A DNA stretch of 64,000 nucleotides from Dimorphilus gyrociliatus (Eukaryota; Animalia; Annelida): NCBI GenBank assembly GCA_904063045.1, contig CAJFCJ010000017.1, forward strand, positions 372,001-436,000, in the 5' to 3' direction. Under the pieces are notes generated by a model. The model worked only from the letters and a program-made list of their open reading frames with translations. It ran no database searches and was not told where the DNA came from. Of this stretch, positions 10,805 through 23,905 are shown in pieces. Position numbers and translations under genes: made by a program. Within the stretch, counting starts at the first letter, position 1. Each line of letters begins with the position of its first letter.

Positions 10805-12807
10805 ATGGCGGATCAAGCCGAAGGTAGTAATATCAAAGTTGTTGTTAAAACGCCTAAAGAAAAGAAGGAAATAAACATCTCACAAAATGCCACTGTGAAA
10901 GAGGTAAATAAACGCATTGGAAATTTCAGTTTTTGAATGTTGATTGTAAATTATCAACGATTGGGGTAGCGATAATACGGAGCCTTAAGCGCGCAAGTCA
11001 TCTTGGTTACTCATTTTTCTTTTTCACAGTTTCGTCAAAATGTTTCCGAAGCCTTTAGTGCCGACATACAGCAAGTATGCTTAATTTTTGCGGGAAAAAT
11101 ATTGAAGGATGATGACACGCTGTTGCAACATAATATTAAAAACGGACTTACAGTCCATTTAGTAATAAAGAGCAAGGTATGTAACTGATATGCTTTAACC
11201 TTACAATGACTTTCACTAAATAAACTCGCTTCATTTTACAGCCAGAAACACCAACTGCTCCAGCTTCCACACCATCTAGTCAAAATACACCCCAAGGCAC
11301 TCCGCAATCAAATGCCCCTTTCGGCTCAGGATTTCTCGGAGGTTTAGGAGGCTTAGGTGGACTAGAGAATATGGGAATGGGATCTGGAGGTTTATCTGAA
11401 ATGCAGTCTAGACTACAGCAACAAATGATGAATAATCCAGAACACTTACAACAATTAATGAATAACCCCATGGTTGAACAGCTAATGTCTAATCCGGAAG
11501 TCATTCGAACAATGCTTCAGAGTAATCCTCAAATGAGGGACCTTCTTGAAGTAGTTTATATTTATTTAAATTAAAATTTTTAGATTATATTAAATGTTTT
11601 ACTATTCTTTTAGCGAAACCCTGAGATTAACCACGTTCTCAACAATCCCGATTTAATGAGACAAACTCTGGACTTGGCAAGGAATCCAGCTGCGTTTCAA
11701 GAAGTTATGAGAAACCACGATAGGGCTTTATCTAACTTAGAAAGTTTACCCGGTGGCTTTAATCATTTGCAAAGACTTTATCGTGATGTCCAAGAGCCTA
11801 TGATGAATGCCGCTAGCGAATCTATAAATCCTAACCCGTTTGCTGCCCTTGCTAATCAAGGAAATAATAGCGCGAGTTCAACCAACTCTCAAGCCGGAAG
11901 AGAAAATAGTGAACCCCTACCAAATCCGTGGGCACCACCAAGTTCCAGGTCGACCGCAAGCACGGATTCTAATGCTTCGAATACTGGAAATACAAGATCA
12001 GGTACTAGTGGAGGACCTGGCAACATATTCAATTCACCCGAAATGCAGTCATTGGCCTCTCAAATTACAGACAACCCTCAATTAATGCAAAATATGCTCC
12101 AAGCTCCGTATATGCAAGCTATGCTGCAAAACGTATCTTCTAATCCCCAATTGGCTAATCAATTGCTATCGGCTAATCCGATGTTCGCCAACAACCCAGA
12201 ACTTCGAGAAAGAATGTCGAGTCAGTTGCCAGCCATGTTGCAACAAATGCAACGACCAGAAATGCAGGCGCTTATGACTAATCCAAGAGCATTTCAAGCC
12301 ATGATGCAGATTCAGCAAGGCATGCAACAACTACAAACTGAAATTCCGGGTTTAATGAATCCTTCACCAACTTCGACTACTACTACTGGTTCTACCGCCA
12401 CAACGACCAGTTCGGAAAACACCCAAGGGGGAGGACAAGCTCCAGCTGGAAACGAGGCAGTTGGACAATTTATGGCTAATATGTTTTCCCAAATGTCGAC
12501 CGGACAGCAACAGCAACAAGTACGTTTGTTATTTGATATAGCGAAACGTAAATATATTTTTAATACGTGTACTTATCTTTTTTGTTTTTATCTAAGAATA
12601 ATCAACCACCCGAAGAACGATTTGCCTCTCAGTTAGACCAATTAGCATCAATGGGTTTCATAAATAGGGAAGCAAACATTCAAGGTATGTAGGAGAAAAG
12701 TTAATAAACTGGCTAATTTATTCAAACTTATTACTCAATTTTCAGCCTTATTAGCCACCTTTGGAGACGTTAACGCAGCGATAGATCGATTGCTTCAGCA
12801 GCGATGA
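10805..12807 (+). CDS. UBQLN: Ubiquilin (UBL - STI1 repeats - UBA)
   Basis: [20 protein letters not shown]; [26 protein letters not shown]; [18 protein letters not shown]; [16 protein letters not shown]; PLPNPW; [16 protein letters not shown]; [15 protein letters not shown]. Six exons, TGA 12805-12807. Confidence 0.96.
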
Positions 12808-13051
12808 TTACTATTCATCACAAAACCAAAAAATATTAAATAAAAATTGTATTTTTTGTGTCGTATAATTTTACGTATTGGTATAGTACGTATTATCAGT
12901 AAAGCGTACATTTATTATTATATTATTTGATAATCATTTCAAAAGATCGACTCGGATAATCGCTGTCGTATTTAAAAAAAAAACAAATTGAATTTTCATT
13001 ATTCTTTCATTTTCATTATAATACATAATTTTTTGAAAAGTAACCAACACA

Positions 13052-16000
13052 TCATGGTTTTCTGAATTCGAAACCACAAAGGTCGTAAATGGTGTCGCAG
13101 AAAGTTGCGTAGTTGACGTTATCGTATATGTTGGCTATCTGTTTTTTTTAATTGTAAGAAAGTTAAGAGTTATTCTGTTGAATAAATTAAAAAGAAGATA
13201 ATTTTACCTTGGCATTAAAGGCATCTAGAAGGGTGTTCCATTCAAATTCGGACGACACCGTTCCAGCAAGCTGAAGTTCATTAAGAACTCTACGGAATTG
13301 ATTTCTTGTTACCGTTCCATTGTGAACTTTATCGTAATCTTCGAACAAAGGGTATAATTGTATTCGTCTTTGTTTCACCTCCTTGGCGATACGATCTAGA
13401 ATGTTCTTAACCGTCTGATAATGCTCTTTTGGTAATTTTCGCTCCAGATTTTCAGATGGTCTGTACTGCTCAACCGACCTAAGTGGCTGTTTTTCTAAAT
13501 GATCAACTGTAAATATTTGTTCTACATCTCTGGAGAATCTCTCCCACTCAATATGATTAGGTTTCGCAGCCGCATAATGATCTTCCACTATAGCCAATTC
13601 AGATTCTGTCAGTTCAAATCTGCAGAGATCCAGAGCCCGACGGAAATTGGTTCTATGAATACAACCATGACGTAATTTATCATAATCTCTCATCCATTCG
13701 TGAATTCTAACCCGTTCTTTAAAGACTTTTCTCTTAATCTTTTCGAATATGCATTCTAGATCTCTACCTGGATTGATTTCTGGTAATTTTGCTTTATCGT
13801 TTGCTAATCTTATATCGGCTAATCTTTGAAGGTAGCGTAATTCTAGTTCCGGCTGTGGTTCCAAATCACTCAAAAATGCCTTGTAATTGAATCCATCATC
13901 ATTACAATAACAAGCTTCAATTGCTACTATTTCTGCCTCAGTTAAAGCTAATTCTCCCATACTTAAAGCTTGGCGGAATTGACGTTTATTCACGTGACCA
14001 CGATTATGTCTGTCAAAGTCTTGAAATATAGGTTTTAACAGTACTCTACGGTGGTCGACCCTATCATGTAGCTTTTGCATAGCCTCCTGGTAACATTTTT
14101 GATGATCGGCAGAGGCTGTTTGCATATTAATTGTTCCAGGTTTAGGCAATAGTTGCTTTTCCATTCCTGGTGGATCAATCTCGGCTGCAAAGAGAGTCCA
14201 CTTTATCATTTCCGGATTGTCTGAATCCCGGTAACGATTTGCTAATGCCTCAAATTGAGCAGGGCTAAGGTTAATCGTCCCGATAGAACTAAGACCTAAG
14301 TCGCTTAATCCCCTTCTAAAGCGTGATTTCGAGATAGATCCACTCCTTAACTGGTCATAATCGGCGAAGCACTGTTCAATTCTTCTCGAATTAGAGTGTA
14401 CATGATTACGAATAAGAGCTAAAAGCATTTCCATATCAACTTTAGAAGTATCAATAGAATTGTCCACTTTTGGTTTCACACTGTCCGCCATTTCCCATAC
14501 TTCGGGCTTCTCCGTTCCCTGAGCATAGTTGACAAAATCTATAAAACAAAAAGAATAGGATTGATAAGAAATACGTCAATTTTCCTTCTTTGGAATAGAA
14601 CAAACCCTGATCAACAGCTTGAACGAAACCAGGATAGTTTATATCACCAGTTGTAGGATCAGCAAATTTTCGGCAAAGCAATTTGAAATCTTCAGCCGAA
14701 ACATTCAAACTTAAGAAGTGTAACATTCGACTAAATTGATTTGGAGTCATTACACGGGTGAAGGCAGTACTCTGTTAATGAATCCAATTATGAGTATTAA
14801 TATTTTAAATAATAAATTAATAAATAGCTTTACTCTATCAAAATCTCTAAAGTACTGGAACATCATGATTCTCCTCTGACGAACTTTTTCAGATATTTCT
14901 TCTAATACGTGTAATACTCTTCTTTCTTCTTCACCACTTAATTGTGGTAGGTTCTAAGCAGATGTAATAAAGCGTTATACTTATTAACGGTTAAATTAGT
15001 CAAATTACCCTTCCCAATGCCCCAGTTGGAGGTCTGTGAACAGTTAGCAAAGGTTTCTTTTCTAAATCTGGCTCATTGAAGACTAGAAGAAAAAGGATGA
15101 TTGATTAGCACTAGCCAATATGGTTTTGTTGTTTGTTTTCCTTACCGTTTTCTAATACATCAACAAACTCTTTGTACCCTACTCTACCATCGCAGCGTTT
15201 GTAGAATTCCACTACTTTTTGCATATCCCCTCTGGACAGTTGGGCTTCACTACCAATTGCCAAAGAAAGACCACATATAAACTGTTGCTCAGTAATAACT
15301 CCTGAACGCAGAGGATCGTAATCCTTAAAGAATTCAGGTGTTCTAACTCGGTGTTTATGTACAGCAATACGAATTCTATCGAATATTTCTTGAAGACTTT
15401 TGTCCTCCTTTGTCTAAAGAGAATATATATATTTGTTACATTCAGGTAAATTTATATAAGTATGTCTACAAACATGAACTTTGAAGGCAGAGTCTGCTGG
15501 TTGATTAACTCTATTCAAACCTTCAGGTTCGAAGTTCGCTTGAAGATCTTCAATATCGCGATGTAAATTCAAATAATTAATTAGACCATGTTGCGCAGGA
15601 TCTCTATATTTATTTATTAAATCTGCCATATCACTCTCATTCACTTCCGGGGGTTTTGGTATACTTCTATAGAACTATCGAATAATATTTATATATATAT
15701 AGATATTTATTTATGACTGGAAGATATTAATATTGATCCTTCTTACTTGACTGAAATTAATTAAGCCTCTGTGATGAGTATCAAAATCTTCGCATTCCGT
15801 TCTTAAATTAATACCACGATACTTGTAGAATTTTCCAAGTTTCATTAATAGAAGACGAAGATTTTCTTCCGTTGCTTGATCTTGCGGTATTATCGTACGA
15901 TTACCCAAACTAATTAAATTATTAACATATAGTATATAGTATACATAAATTGTAGGTATACTAACTATTCGGGATAATCATAAACTTGATTATTAGGATT

Positions 16001-16356
16001 AACGTCCATCCTGTTTGGATCAACTCTCTTTTCAATATTTTTGCAAAATTCTCTATAGTTGAAATTGCCTCTGCCATAGTAATCTTTGAGAATTTCCTCC
16101 TCTTCAGCTGCTAACTTAATACCAACATTTTGCCATAGAACACGGAAGAATTGAGAATCTAAACAAGAATATCAATATTTTCATTGTAATATAGTTGAGT
16201 TGTTTTTTATAAAAAAAAAAGAAAAATTAGCTCACCAGTAACAAAACCGGATCGGAGTTTGTCATAGTCAAGAAAGAGTTCGTTTGGTCTTATCCGCTTT
16301 GTTAATGTAATAGAACGGATTTTTTCTTCAATGTTACCTATTCCGTTTGAGTTCAT
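13052..16356 (-). CDS. Large multi-EF-hand repeat protein (EFCAB6-like architecture; uncharacterised family common in ciliated organisms)
   Basis: Repeating units of type 'R(I/V)xxxFxD(Y/F)DxxxxGx(I/V)(S/T)xx(Q/R)FRRxL' across many exons (ORFs 13187-14491, 14451-14750, 15414-15644, 15711-15908). Probable ATG 16356; last exon IANIYDNVNYATFCDTIYDLCGFEFRKP* ends 13052. Exact ortholog not identified. Confidence 0.8.
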
Positions 16357-16855
16357 GTCGTTTTCTTTGCAAGTTTGACTATGCTTATCAGAGTACTTAA
16401 TAAAGTTATTTTGATTATATTACCTCCAGTCTTCTGTTTTAGCAACGAAAACGCTTTTGTCGTCTGCTCAACGCGTTGTTACTAAGGCGATAGCAGACGC
16501 TTGAGACAGCCATTTTTTTAATCGTCAGAGTATAACTCTAAAGCGAAAAACAATCACCTAGTAAAGAGTGTAACGCGGGGTTAAATATTAGAAAAAATAC
16601 TAGTGATAATATACAATTTATTAGAAAAGGCCAACTTTCAAGCAGACTGTGAATATTATAATTATATTTATTGTCATAAATAAGTTAATTTACTTATTTA
16701 TTTATATTTTAAAACTTGTTTTTAACAATGGAGAGCTTTCCTAAAAAATAATACTTTTTAATAAATACGTCATTTATATAGGAACAATTAAAAATTGTTG
16801 AATAGGCATATAGAATACAACAGATGTTTTTCTTTTTTAGGTTACTTTCGTATTT

Positions 16856-17886
16856 TCACCTTTTAAAAAAGTTGAATAAACTTCCGAATAAAGGCTCTTT
16901 ATCATCTATTGGTAGAATTTCTATAAGGAAAAATAACATGTATTTTTTATTGATGGACACCGCTGAATTTTGTTAATACAAACTTTCTGATGCAGTATTA
17001 TTTTCAATAACATTTACACTTCCGTCTGGTTTCGTCTCTTTCTCCATTTGATAAATGCCATCTCCAGTCTGTCGTTTAACAATATGCTTCTCTCCGTCAT
17101 TCGTTCTAATAATCGTTTCTTCTTCAACATTCTAAAATAGAAAAATTGTTTTTCAATTATTTCCAATGAAATAGATTTATTGAACATTTAACTTACAGAT
17201 CCTGTTGTTGTTCTTGAATAATAGCTAAAAGAGAAAATAGGATTCATAGTTTGTGGTTGTTTTTCAGTCATATGTCGATCTTGTTGAGTCTGAGACCAAA
17301 TATCGGCGAAATTCTCTTTATTTATTTTTCCGTCAAGATCAGAATCTTGTTTGGTATCACTAGGATTTTCTGGAATATTCCAAATGGAATCGTCTTTTGG
17401 AATCTGTAATTAATAGAGTTAATTAGAACATTTAAAAGTTACTGTTCAAATTTGTAAAATATCTCATTTAGAATAAAATCTTACAATTGTTTTTGGTGAA
17501 CGATTTTCATGACCCTCTGGTTTTAGCATGTGATCTCTCGGTGATAAGTTCTCATTTTCGTCTGATAAAGCTCCATTAGGTAATTCCGGAAACTGATTCT
17601 GACCTATTCCAATATTAGCTCCATTAAACATGCTATCAAACTCCTTACACATTTGATCAAAGTTTCTAAACATGTTATCTAAATTCCCAAAAATTACATC
17701 AGATTCAGACGTCATATTATCACTCTCATCAAATGCGCGATTAAAGCCGAACGATCGAGGTTCGCTGTAATTATTTATTTTTAAATTAAATAATAATATT
17801 ATAAAATATTTTATTAGTATTTATATTTACAATTCATCATAATTTCGAGTTGGTAAACCGAAAAAAGATCTTATAAAGTCATTCAT
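16856..17886 (-). CDS. HAX1: HCLS1-associated protein X-1-like
   Basis: MNDFIRSFFGLP N-terminus; SPRDHMLKP; DTKQDSDLDGKI; SFSYYSRTTTGS.VEEETIIRTNDGEKHIVKRQTGD; C-terminal LFGSLFNFFKR*. Five to six exons. Confidence 0.8.
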
Positions 17887-18166
17887 TATTATGATTATTA
17901 ACTGGTAATATTTTTTGCCAAAAAACTATTTCGTATTTTTGAAATGTAATAACTTTTCTTAATAAAAAATAGAGAAATATTCATTTAAAAGTAATTATTT
18001 CAAGTGAGTTTTTTAAAAAAATCCATAAATTCAACTTTTTGTTGCCACCTGGCGTTTATGCTGATTACCATCACGCCACTACTTAGTAAGAGGCGTCAGG
18101 CGATTATTATATATAGGGCTACTGTACACTGAAGTGAATAACACTGCTCATAGTTGTTAAACAGAT
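17887..18166. promoter_or_regulatory. Bidirectional promoter region HAX1 / START protein with CTCF-like site
   Basis: 280 bp between divergent ATGs; TTGCCACCTGGCGT at 18042-18055. Confidence 0.55.
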
Positions 18167-19318
18167 ATGAGTCCAATAGAGTCTGATTATATCAACAAAC
18201 GTAATGAAGTTATCAGGATCATTGAAAAATACTCAAGTGTGGATGATTGGAGTGTTTTGAAACAAGACGTAAGTAGGCTAAAATCGAATACTTTACAAAT
18301 CACCCGTTTACCGGTGAATTTTCAACCTTACTTAAAGTTTATTTCTGTTGCTAAAAACAGCAATCGCATACGATCGTTTATAGTAGAAAGTCATCAGAAT
18401 GGAATGGAACAATGTAAGTATAATATTATCAAATAGTAAGACAAAGTATATTTTTCTTTCAGCCTAGAACACCCCCTTTCCTTTCGATCCTATAATCCTT
18501 CTTTCTATCTTTCTATCTATCTATATAATACAACTTTGTTCAACTTTATTCGCACAGATTCAAAATTGAAGGTCCAGTAAACGCTAGTCCTGAGATTGTT
18601 AGAAGATACGTATGCCCAAGAATAAAAAATGGGCCGAGATCAAAGTGGGACTCTGCTATACAGAATATTCGCTGTATCCAAACGGTCAATGACGCGACCG
18701 ATATATTAAATTTCTCAACTCCTAGTCACGCAGGAGGTTTGATAGCCGAAAGAGATTTTGTAGAACTAGTCTTTCATCACAGCTCTGACACCTATGCAGC
18801 GACAATGAGTAAGTTTAAGTTACTAATAAAATAAATAACCGCAAGATTAAGGTTCAATCCCTTTGGTAAGAATTTTCTATTGACCTTAAAATTATTGCAA
18901 CAGGTGTATCAGTTGAACACGATGATTGTCCAGCCAAGCATAAAATAGTACGGGCCCAGAATTTCCCATCTGCTATGGTTTGTTACAGAAATCCATCGTT
19001 AGTACATATGTTTTCTATAACTTATAACAACTATTTTAATTTATAAAGACCAGGTATTAATTCTTTTATTGTACTTAAAAACAAAACAGGGATCCACTTA
19101 AAACGAAGTTGACAATGTACGTTCAAACCAATCCTCGTGGTTCATTTTTAATAAGAGTATTATCTGAAAAAGCCATACCGTCTATTATGTGCAAATTCAT
19201 GGAAGAATTAAGAGATGCCATCACTAATGACTTCAAACTTATCGAATCACCTGCAGAAATAAAAGGTACTACTAACGATATTGAAATTGGTGAAGATGCT
19301 TCGACTATAAAGCCATGA
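18167..19318 (+). CDS. START-domain lipid-transfer protein (STARD4/5/6-like)
   Basis: Spliced product DWSVLKQD-QSHTIVYSRKSSEWNGTIFKIEGPVNASPEIV...RSKWDSAIQNIRCI...AGGLIAERDFVELV...IVRAQNFPSAMVC...TKLTMYVQTNPRG; stop at 19318. Confidence 0.85.
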
Positions 19319-20377
19319 ATTGACTGTTAATAATTGTTAAATGACGAATTAACAATAATAATATTAATAATTATTATTATTCGAATGACAAATAATAGAT
19401 CTTATATTACTGTTAAGATCTTTCACCCAACCAAACCTTAAAGAATGCTGCTCTTGTGGATGCCATATCGTAAGAAGTATTAGTTATTAATTATTATTTT
19501 TCATTTTTTTTTGGGGGGACGGAGGGAGAATTATTCAAATAAATGAAATATTAAATACAAAAAATTGAACACATGTTAAAACCTTTCGTTATTGTCTACT
19601 CATACCGACGTCTCTCTCTTCATTTACATTCAATTGTATCCATAACTACGTAGTAGTCTTTTTTTTTTATTCGTATTTTTTTTCTTTAGACAACCTTTCG
19701 TTAGAAAAATATAGTAGTCTATAAAAAAAACATTACCATAGGCCTAAATAATCAAATATTATCAGTAAATGACGAATTAAGTAATTTTGGATAAGTTTTT
19801 GCAGTGCTAATTTTTTTCCCCTCATTTTACGCAGTTGAATTATTTAAATCCGAATAAATACTGATTATGCAACATTTAAAATATCTATTATAAGATAACA
19901 AAGAATAAGTTTCGAATGCAGCGATCGAATGATACACAATAACAATCAAAGTATCACTATTGCTTACAGCTGCATATATCCTTCTCTCTCTCTCTCTCTC
20001 TATTTCTCTCTATTTACATATTTTTTTTTACCTATCGTTATTGTGCAAATTTGTATTTATTCAATGTTGATCAATTTCTTATTTTATATAGGTTAATTAT
20101 TCGATTTTTCTCTATAATTTACCAATTATTTGAATTTTTTTCTTTCAAATCCTCCCTAGTTATGCATTATTAATTAGCCGGTTAATTTTTTTTTTGTAAC
20201 CTAGAATTTGCTGGTTTCTTCTTTTTTTATTTTCTAATTGTTCTCAAAAGAGCATTTGATTCTATTGTTACAGCCTGTTTTGGTCCAATTTCGATTTGAA
20301 TTTCTTACCAGTTTTCTTTAAGAGTACGTTACTATTTTGCCATTCTTAAAACTCATGCTTTTTTTCTGTAATGAGTA

Positions 20378-21818
20378 ATGGGTGAGAAAAAGACCAAAAA
20401 ACGTCCTAATTCGAATAGAAATGAATCGAGCAGTTTGAAAAAAAGGGTAAAGTTAGATGAAGAGGACACAGAGGCAGAAAAACAGTCAAAAGTATCCAGT
20501 GAGGACCTAAGTCTTGTCAATAAAATAATTCAAGGTGCTCCATCGTCAAATTGGAAGGCGTTACAAGCTGTTAGATTCAGTTCTTTTCATGTATACTTTT
20601 ATATGAGAAATTAATCCGAAGAATTTTCCCTTCTTAGAAAATAGCTCCTTCGGGATCAAACGCGAAAAGAAAGCCTAAGCGAAAAACTGAGAATAAACAG
20701 TAAGCAATAGTTCATCTTCGTTCTACAGACTCTATTTTTATCATAATTAATATTTTAAGATCGTCGAAACTATGGTTTGACGGTGTAGACGAAGAATTAT
20801 TGGATGATGACGTTAAAGATACAAAAGAGAAGTCGAAAAAGAAAGGACCAACTGACAAAAAAGAGTAAGAGATGAGTTTATGAGTAATCAGCATTAAAGA
20901 ATTGAAAGGGGAAGGGAGGGAGTCATATCTTCATAAGCAGTCTAATTCAATTACTACTATGATAAAGCACTTGTAATACTTTTACATTAAAAGACTTTTC
21001 TGTCTATATTTTACTGATTAATCGTTTGAAAAAGAACAACAAAAGACAATTTTTCAATTATATCTAAATATAGGTTATAACTTTATAGATTAACAAAAGC
21101 AATAGCAATGGATTGTGAGATGGTTGGAATAGGGGAAAAAGGTCGAGAATCAATGTTAGCTAGAGTCTCTCTTGTTAATCAGCACGGAGTCTGTGTCTAC
21201 GACGAATTCGTTAAACCGAGAGAAAAGGTTACCGACTATAGAACATTTGTTAGCGGTATTAGAAAATCTGATTTTGCTGCAGGTTTTTGTTACTCTATTC
21301 AATTTAAATTGTTAACCGTCTTACTCATAAAACATAACTTTCCTTCTAGCAAAAAGTTTTGATGTTGTACAAAAAGAAGTTTATAACATCATAAAGGATA
21401 GAATACTTGTTGGACACGCTTTGGATAATGATATGAAAGTAATTATTATCAATTGAACAGGGGAATTTATATAGTATTAGTAATAAAAGTAATTTCTATA
21501 ATTTTACAGGTTCTATATTTGGATCATCCAAAAAGTAAAGTAAGAGATTCAGCAAGGTATAGGCCATTTAAGGCGTTGTTTAATGGTAAAACACCTTCGT
21601 TGAAGAAACTTGCTGATAAATTATTAAATATGACTATTCAAACTGGAGAGCATAGCTCCGTCCAAGACGCTCAAGCCGTTATGGCAGTTTATATGACAAG
21701 GAGAAAAAAATGGGAAACCGAAATGAAGTTAAGAAAACCAGTTGTAGCTCCATTAAGTAAAGGAAAGTCATCAAAAAAAAGACTGAAAACAAAGAGGGGG
21801 AAAAAGAACAAAGAATAG
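20378..21818 (+). CDS. REXO4: RNA exonuclease 4 (DEDDh)
   Basis: SSNWKAL; [11 protein letters not shown]; [10 protein letters not shown]; LARVSLVN; [12 protein letters not shown]; [14 protein letters not shown]; PSLKKLA; [11 protein letters not shown]; basic C-tail. Six exons. Confidence 0.95.
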
Positions 21819-23905
21819 GAATGTTTAATATTTTCTCTCTAAATCTTTAATAACAATATATCTTCTACATTTATTATGCTCTCTACCAAGACCGATTAAT
21901 GCATTAGAACATAATAAATTCAAAGCTCTGTTTGCGAAGTAAATAATTTCATTTAACAAAAAGAAAATATTTAATACAAAAAAAGCGATAAACAAGAAAT
22001 ACTTTTCACTTGTAAACAAGTAATTATTTTTCTTGATACAAAACGAAAGATTTCTAAAGGACCTTTCATATATTACCTTCTATTCGAAATAATGAAACAT
22101 TGTTCCTCCCAGCGACGTTCTATTAGACAGTCTAAGAATATACTTTATCCGAAAGCTTCTTGTTTTTCAATCTGATAAAAAATGAGTAGAAGAAACATCC
22201 TAATTGCAATTCGCCTATATGTTTTTGTTGACGTAACACAATTATACCTTAGGTATTTAAATAGGCCTATTAAACTTATACATTTAAATTAGAAGCATAA
22301 AGTAGTTCCGGGTGAAGATTCTGTTTTATTATTAGGTATCAATATAGAAAAACCTGGTTATTGGATGAGGTTACTAAAATTAATAAAAGACAAAAAAGTG
22401 TTTCATATTACGGATAAAATAAAATTATGTAATCTAATATTGTAAAGTACGAGCATTATAACAGGGAAAAAGAAACTAAAGGTAAAATATCTGCCTTTGA
22501 CAACGGCCTTACTAATTAACAATAAAGGTATAGTGTATCCTGTTTCTTTCGGACAAAAGTACTAAGGTTATTCATCCTAAAGAGGACATAATTAAAAAAC
22601 TTTTCGGAAGGCATGATACGTTGAAATATTCATGTGTTTTAAGCAGACGAGTAGTGAATAAACAGTATATATTAGATAGTTATATGAATATTATATAAAA
22701 ATTACATGAACCTTAATATCCTTATACATTAATTCAGCTCTAGATATATCAGATATGGACTTTCTGATTTATTTATAGTAGACTAACTAATTATGGCGTG
22801 GGTGATTATACACTGTTAAATCATATTTAGAAATAATATATTGAATAGACTGTCTGTTAATATTACATTAGTACTTAGCTATACGCATATACAGTTCATA
22901 TATATTAGTATATATATACTTGGGAATACTTCTTTCCTTGTATCTATAACTCTTCTTCTCATTTCCATCTTCGGATGATGATGATCATCATTTTCTCTCT
23001 TTTCTTAATAAAAAATTGACCTTATCTATGCATTTTTCAGCTTATCAAATTTTACTCTAACGAGGACAATTATATATAACAATTGATACCTGTTTTTACA
23101 TGTAGCTAACGTGATCGTCGTGCTTCAAATTAGCGTATGGTTCTTATTTGATCCACTATTACCGTTAATTAAGGAAATTATCAGATACTGTAAAAAAGGA
23201 AAATTCTAATTTGTAGAGGTGTTTTTTTTTATTTAAAAAAAGAAGGAGATAGATTTCATTTATAAATAACTAGCATATAAGGAATTAAGGAGGGTTAAAG
23301 GAAATTGCAGTCCTTCTATATTTGCTTACATAGAAATTCTCTTTTAATTATTATCTGAAAGAAGTCTGAAAGGATGATTATTTAAATAGTACTATTTCTC
23401 GGAAAGGGAGTCTCGTGTGTTCCCTCTTCCTTTTCCATGCTTAAATTTTCTTTTTAATCATAGAATTGTCAGTGTATAGTTTCTTAAGTTAGTAAATATT
23501 TAACATCTCTCTACTCTTTATATTCCAGCCTTTTTACATGCTTACCTATAGGTACATTATAAATATGTATAAATACGCACATATATATATACATATATAT
23601 ATACTGCATATACTGTATATGAAATTAGATCTAAAGCACTATTATATGTTTTTGGCCTATTGCAGTTTCAGGATACTGCATATCTGTTAACGAACGACTT
23701 TCGACGTCGGCAAGGATTTCTATAATTTAATCTTTTTAATTAAAAAAATCCAATTGCTTCAAGTGAATATTTGTAAGCTTTTGAGAAATGATATTTTTTT
23801 AATGGACTGTTTGTTAAGTCGTATTTAAACAAGTTTTGTTTCTTCAAAGGAAGGATATATTTACTTGGAACTGTACTTTTTACGCATTATCGCTCAACTG
23901 AGGAC

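Noticed and set aside
18167-18436. ORF-track translations that run through introns (for example 18167-18436, 24714-25229, 5936-6283)
   Set aside because: These are partly intronic read-throughs; the spliced models explain the true coding parts.
18851-18861. GGTTCAATCCC, a tRNA B-box-like string
   Set aside because: No A-box, cloverleaf or acceptor stem; it lies in a START-gene intron.
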